Assembly: GCA_964426185.1 (NCBI GenBank)
Contig: CAYRPF010000014.1
Span: 39,627-49,301, forward strand
Direction of reading: 5' to 3'
Source of the DNA: an uncultured archaeon
GTDB lineage: Archaea > Asgardarchaeota > Lokiarchaeia > Sigyniarchaeales > Promethearchaeaceae
Length of the DNA stretch: 9,675 nt
Shown: piece by piece, positions 6,418 through 9,675 of the stretch
Numbering within the stretch: the first letter of the stretch is position 1
Layout: every line of letters starts with the position of its first letter
Notes under the pieces: generated by a model
The model's input: the letters and a program-made list of their open reading frames with translations, nothing else
Databases searched by the model: none
What the model was told of the DNA's origin: nothing
Program-made: the position numbers and the translations under genes

Positions 6418-8328
6418 ATGCAACTCCCTTTCTTATGCTTAGGTATTGAATCAACAGCTCACACATTCAGCGTGGGTATTGTTGATGAGCAAGGAAATGT
6501 GCTCGGTTTAGCCTCTGATACCTATTTCCCTGCGAAGGGAGGATTGAAACCTGCTGATGTAGTTGAACATCATTATAATGTTTTTGAAGTTCAACTTTCC
6601 CAAGCATTGCAGCAAGCCAATGTGAAGATACAAAATATAAATTTGATTGCATTTAGTCAAGGTCCCGGTTTAGGGCCATGTTTACGGATTGGGGCGGCAG
6701 TGGCGCGAACTTTGGCTTTAAAATTGAATGTTCCACTAGTTGGAGTGAATCATTGCATTGCTCACGTAGAAATTGGGCGTCAATCTTGTAAATGCGATGA
6801 TCCCCTTACAGTTTATGTTTCTGGCGGAAATACCATCATCAGCGCCTTTGAATCCGGGCGATATCAAATTTTTGGAGAAACCATCGATATTTCGCTCGGA
6901 AACCTATTAGATATGGTGGCTCGGGATTTAGGAAGACCTCATCCAGGAGGGCCTAAAATAGAAAAATTGGCTCAGAATGGGCAATCTTATTTTGTTCTTC
7001 CTTATATCGTGAAAGGAATGGATCTTTCTTATTCTGGATTATATTCTTTTAGTCGTAGGTTTTTAAACACACATCACATGCGATCAAAATCTCAAATGGA
7101 GAGCCATAACACTTCATTAGATGAGGATCAAGTTTCAAAAAGTATCTTTCTGGAAGATTTTGCCTACTCCTTGCAAGAAACTGCTTTTGCAATGCTGGGT
7201 GAAGTTTGTGAGCGTGCTATTGCTCATACCCATAAAAAATCTGTTTTACTCACAGGAGGTGTTGCAGCAAATCAACGGCTTCAAAAATTATTAGCGGATA
7301 TTTGCATGCACCAAAATATCGATTTCTATGTGGTTCCGAGAAAATTAGCTGGTGATAATGGAGCCATGATTGCTTGGACAGGATTTATTCAGTATCAAAG
7401 TGGTCGTGTAACTTCAGTAAAGGATTCCACCATTATTCCAAAATGGAGGATGGATGAAGTCCCAATTCCTTGGCGTTCTTCTCTTAAAGTGAATTCGTCG
7501 CAAGTTAAATTTAATGTTGATAATTCCCATAGTTCTAATTTTGATTATTTAAATTTAAAAGGGACAAATTTCAGAGAACTAAATATCAACGGAGTTGAAA
7601 CCAATTCAGAAAAGAAACTTTCCAGATTATCATATTTTTTCTCCAAAAACGCAGAAATAATTGCTCATGGAGCCGAAGCAATTTTATTTAAAATAAATTG
7701 GTTCAATCGAGATGCGTTACTCAAATTTCGTATTCCAAAACTTTATCGAATTAAATCTTTGGATGATCCTTTGCGTTTTCACCGCACAGTCACTGAAGCG
7801 CGTATTTTAATGACTCTATATGAAGCACACATCCCCGTCCCCCTTCTTTATGATTTAATTCCTACCGATGCAGCCATGATTATGGAGTTTATTCCTGGAA
7901 ATCGATTAAAAGATATCATTTCTCAACTTCCAGCTGAAGAAATTTCTCACTTTTGTGCATTGACCGGAAAATATCTAGCAGAAATTCATAATTTGAATAT
8001 TTCTCATGGAGATTTAACCACATCAAACATTATAATCACTCCAAATAACGAATTGTTCTTTATTGATTTTGGCCTTAGTTTTCCAGACGTAGGCATTGAG
8101 GAAAAAGCCATGGATATTCACCTTTTCTATCGCGTAGTAAGAAGTTCTCATGGAGAACATTATGAAGTTATGATTCATCCATTTTTATCTGGATATCAAA
8201 AGAATTATCAAGGTAATTTTTCCAAAATCATGGAACGTGTGCAAAATATAGGTTTAAGGGGTCGTTATATTGCAAAATCATTAAGAAAAGGCACTAAAAA
8301 TAAATCATATAGAAATAAATCAAAGTGA
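6418..8328 (+). CDS. kae1: Bifunctional Kae1-Bud32 (KEOPS tRNA N6-threonylcarbamoyltransferase / atypical kinase-ATPase)
   Basis: Kae1 motifs: LGIESTAHT, SQGPGLGPCL, NHCIAHVEIG, VSGGNT, GETIDISLGN, PHPGGPKIE, GGVAAN, DNGAMIA. Bud32 motifs: GAEA, K.RIPK.YR, RT..EAR, HGDLTTSN, IDFGL, RGRY. The GTG at 6409 lies within SD GGGTG (6407-6411), so ATG 6418 is the likely start. Confidence 0.96.
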   Translation: MQLPFLCLGIESTAHTFSVGIVDEQGNVLGLASDTYFPAKGGLKPADVVEHHYNVFEVQLSQALQQANVKIQNINLIAFSQGPGLGPCLRIGAAVARTLALKLNVPLVGVNHCIAHVEIGRQSCKCDDPLTVYVSGGNTIISAFESGRYQIFGETIDISLGNLLDMVARDLGRPHPGGPKIEKLAQNGQSYFVLPYIVKGMDLSYSGLYSFSRRFLNTHHMRSKSQMESHNTSLDEDQVSKSIFLEDFAYSLQETAFAMLGEVCERAIAHTHKKSVLLTGGVAANQRLQKLLADICMHQNIDFYVVPRKLAGDNGAMIAWTGFIQYQSGRVTSVKDSTIIPKWRMDEVPIPWRSSLKVNSSQVKFNVDNSHSSNFDYLNLKGTNFRELNINGVETNSEKKLSRLSYFFSKNAEIIAHGAEAILFKINWFNRDALLKFRIPKLYRIKSLDDPLRFHRTVTEARILMTLYEAHIPVPLLYDLIPTDAAMIMEFIPGNRLKDIISQLPAEEISHFCALTGKYLAEIHNLNISHGDLTTSNIIITPNNELFFIDFGLSFPDVGIEEKAMDIHLFYRVVRSSHGEHYEVMIHPFLSGYQKNYQGNFSKIMERVQNIGLRGRYIAKSLRKGTKNKSYRNKSK

Positions 8329-8361
8329 AAAAAAAGAGTTCTTTTAGCTTTATTTTGAGTG

Positions 8362-9105
8362 TTAATCTTCCATTTGATCAATTAATTCTTTTGCATTTGG
8401 CTTATTTTCCAACATAAACTTAATCCACTGCTTAATTGCGTTTTCGCCTCCAGCAATTAAGTCATCTATATCAACACTATCGGTCTCTGATTCACCCTCA
8501 ATAGCTTCTTTACCAATGCGGACATTCCAAATTTTTGCCAATTCTTCCACTGCAGGTGCACCTAGTTTGGCTAATCCCCAAATGGCAGATTCTCGCGTAT
8601 TCTTTTCTTCATGCGTAATCAGTTTAATTAAAGGTTTAATGGAAACGCGACCAAGTTTCGTAAGTGCCCATACTCCACTCGCTCGAATATCTTTAACTTC
8701 ACTGTGCAATGTTTCTAAAAGAGGTTCAACCGCCATAGCTCCCATTTTGCTTAAACTCCAAACAGCAGAAGCTCGCACATCCTTTGAGATGTTTCCCAAA
8801 GCACGAATGAGTAATGGAATTGATGGTTTTCCAATCCTGTTTAAAGCTTGAGCTGCACTCTTTCGTACATCTGCATTATCATCACCCAAAGCCTCAACCA
8901 ATATTTCAACAGATTCGGGTTTTCCCATCTTTCCAAGTATGTAAGCCGCGATTCTTCTATATGTATAATCTTCATGCTCTAGTAATTTCGTCACAGGGTC
9001 TAATGCTTCATCCCCTATTGATGCTAGCTCGTTGGCTGCATCAAGGCGAACCTTAGTGTTGGAATCGCCCAACTTTTGAATTAATTCTTCAATATTTGAA
9101 CTCAA
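8362..9105 (-). CDS. HEAT repeat (PBS lyase HEAT-like) protein
   Basis: About six 30-31 aa repeats of the form VRxxAxxALxxxGxxxxxxLxxxLxDxxxD, with an acidic C-terminal region. Likely start is TTG at 9105 after SD-like GGTGTGA (9111-9117), not 9177. Confidence 0.9.
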   Translation of the reverse strand: MSSNIEELIQKLGDSNTKVRLDAANELASIGDEALDPVTKLLEHEDYTYRRIAAYILGKMGKPESVEILVEALGDDNADVRKSAAQALNRIGKPSIPLLIRALGNISKDVRASAVWSLSKMGAMAVEPLLETLHSEVKDIRASGVWALTKLGRVSIKPLIKLITHEEKNTRESAIWGLAKLGAPAVEELAKIWNVRIGKEAIEGESETDSVDIDDLIAGGENAIKQWIKFMLENKPNAKELIDQMED

Positions 9106-9183
9106 AAAATTCACACCGAAAAAAGTTTTTCTATCATAAAAAGTGGGGGAGAGATTAAAAATATAACTAAATAACAAAATTAT

Positions 9184-9675
9184 TTAGAATATTAACTCTG
9201 AAAGTGATGATACAAAAAGAGTCGGAGTACAATCATTGGAAAAATGGTTCAGATGATCCCGTTTATGAATACCGGTTTCAACTGCTACTGTGGTAATTCT
9301 TGCTCGATTCCCTGCCAAAATATCGGTAGTTAGACGATCTCCAATCATAACCGCCCTTTCTTTTTGGATTTCAAATTTTCTCAAGATTAAGTTAATTCCA
9401 GATGGATCTGGTTTTCCAAAAATTTTCTTTGGAGGATGCTGCAAAGCTGTTTGTAGAAAAGCCACCAAAGCTCCAGCACCAGGCCAGAACGAATCTGGTC
9501 CCGGAAATGAAGTATCAGTATTTGTTGCGTAAAATTTAGCACCTTTTTGAATTAACATCATAGCGCATCGGAATTTGTTATAGGTTACATGTCGATCCCA
9601 TCCAACTAGTACAAAATCTGCCCTAATATCGGGAGGAAGAATTTCCATATCGATGATTTCAGGGTCTTCTTCATT
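9184..9675 (-). CDS. HAD-IIA family hydrolase (NagD-like), 5'-truncated by the window edge
   Basis: VLVGWD, FYATNTD, PGAGA, FGKP, MIGDRLTTDILAG and VETG motifs. The frame stays open to position 9675 (NEEDPEIID precedes the internal Met at 9648); motif I lies outside the window. Confidence 0.92.
   Translation of the reverse strand, partial: NEEDPEIIDMEILPPDIRADFVLVGWDRHVTYNKFRCAMMLIQKGAKFYATNTDTSFPGPDSFWPGAGALVAFLQTALQHPPKKIFGKPDPSGINLILRKFEIQKERAVMIGDRLTTDILAGNRARITTVAVETGIHKRDHLNHFSNDCTPTLFVSSLSELIF

Noticed and set aside
8500-9060. Repetitiveness in the HEAT gene as a DNA repeat or CRISPR array
   Set aside because: The repeats are degenerate and at the protein level only; no identical direct repeats with spacers were seen.
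1357-9532. Short antisense or alternate-frame ORFs (1357-1545, 1951-2232, 3486-3743, 3950-4165, 4342-4584, 5971-6192, 6038-6286, 6171-6449, 6467-6652, 8516-8851, 8814-9056, 9290-9532)
   Set aside because: They are shadows of better-supported genes and carry no recognisable motifs.

Overview
AT-rich archaeal chromosomal window, probably from an Asgard archaeon of the Lokiarchaeia type (inferred from gene content and protein style, not proven). Its core is the conserved archaeal informational cluster on the + strand: rpo7 (rpoE'), spt4 (rpoE''), an inserted 109-aa orphan, GTP-dependent dephospho-CoA kinase (DUF359), rps24e, rps27ae and a kae1-bud32 fusion (KEOPS, t6A). Flanking genes are two HAD hydrolases, a membrane-anchored zinc-ribbon protein, a 595-aa hypothetical protein and a HEAT-repeat protein. 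The standout is rps27ae: eS31 is encoded as one ORF with an N-terminal ThiS/MoaD/SAMP-type ubiquitin-like domain ending in ...LPRIAGG, followed by a basic tail and the eS31 zinc finger. This is the architecture of the eukaryotic ubiquitin-eS31 precursor (RPS27A/UBI3), but built from a prokaryote-type Ubl. A second signal is a hairpin with kink-turn geometry that directly abuts the Shine-Dalgarno sequence of rps24e, the gene just upstream of the fusion. No tRNA, rRNA, CRISPR or mobile element was recognised. Several ORF-track starts were corrected using SD position and family N-termini.
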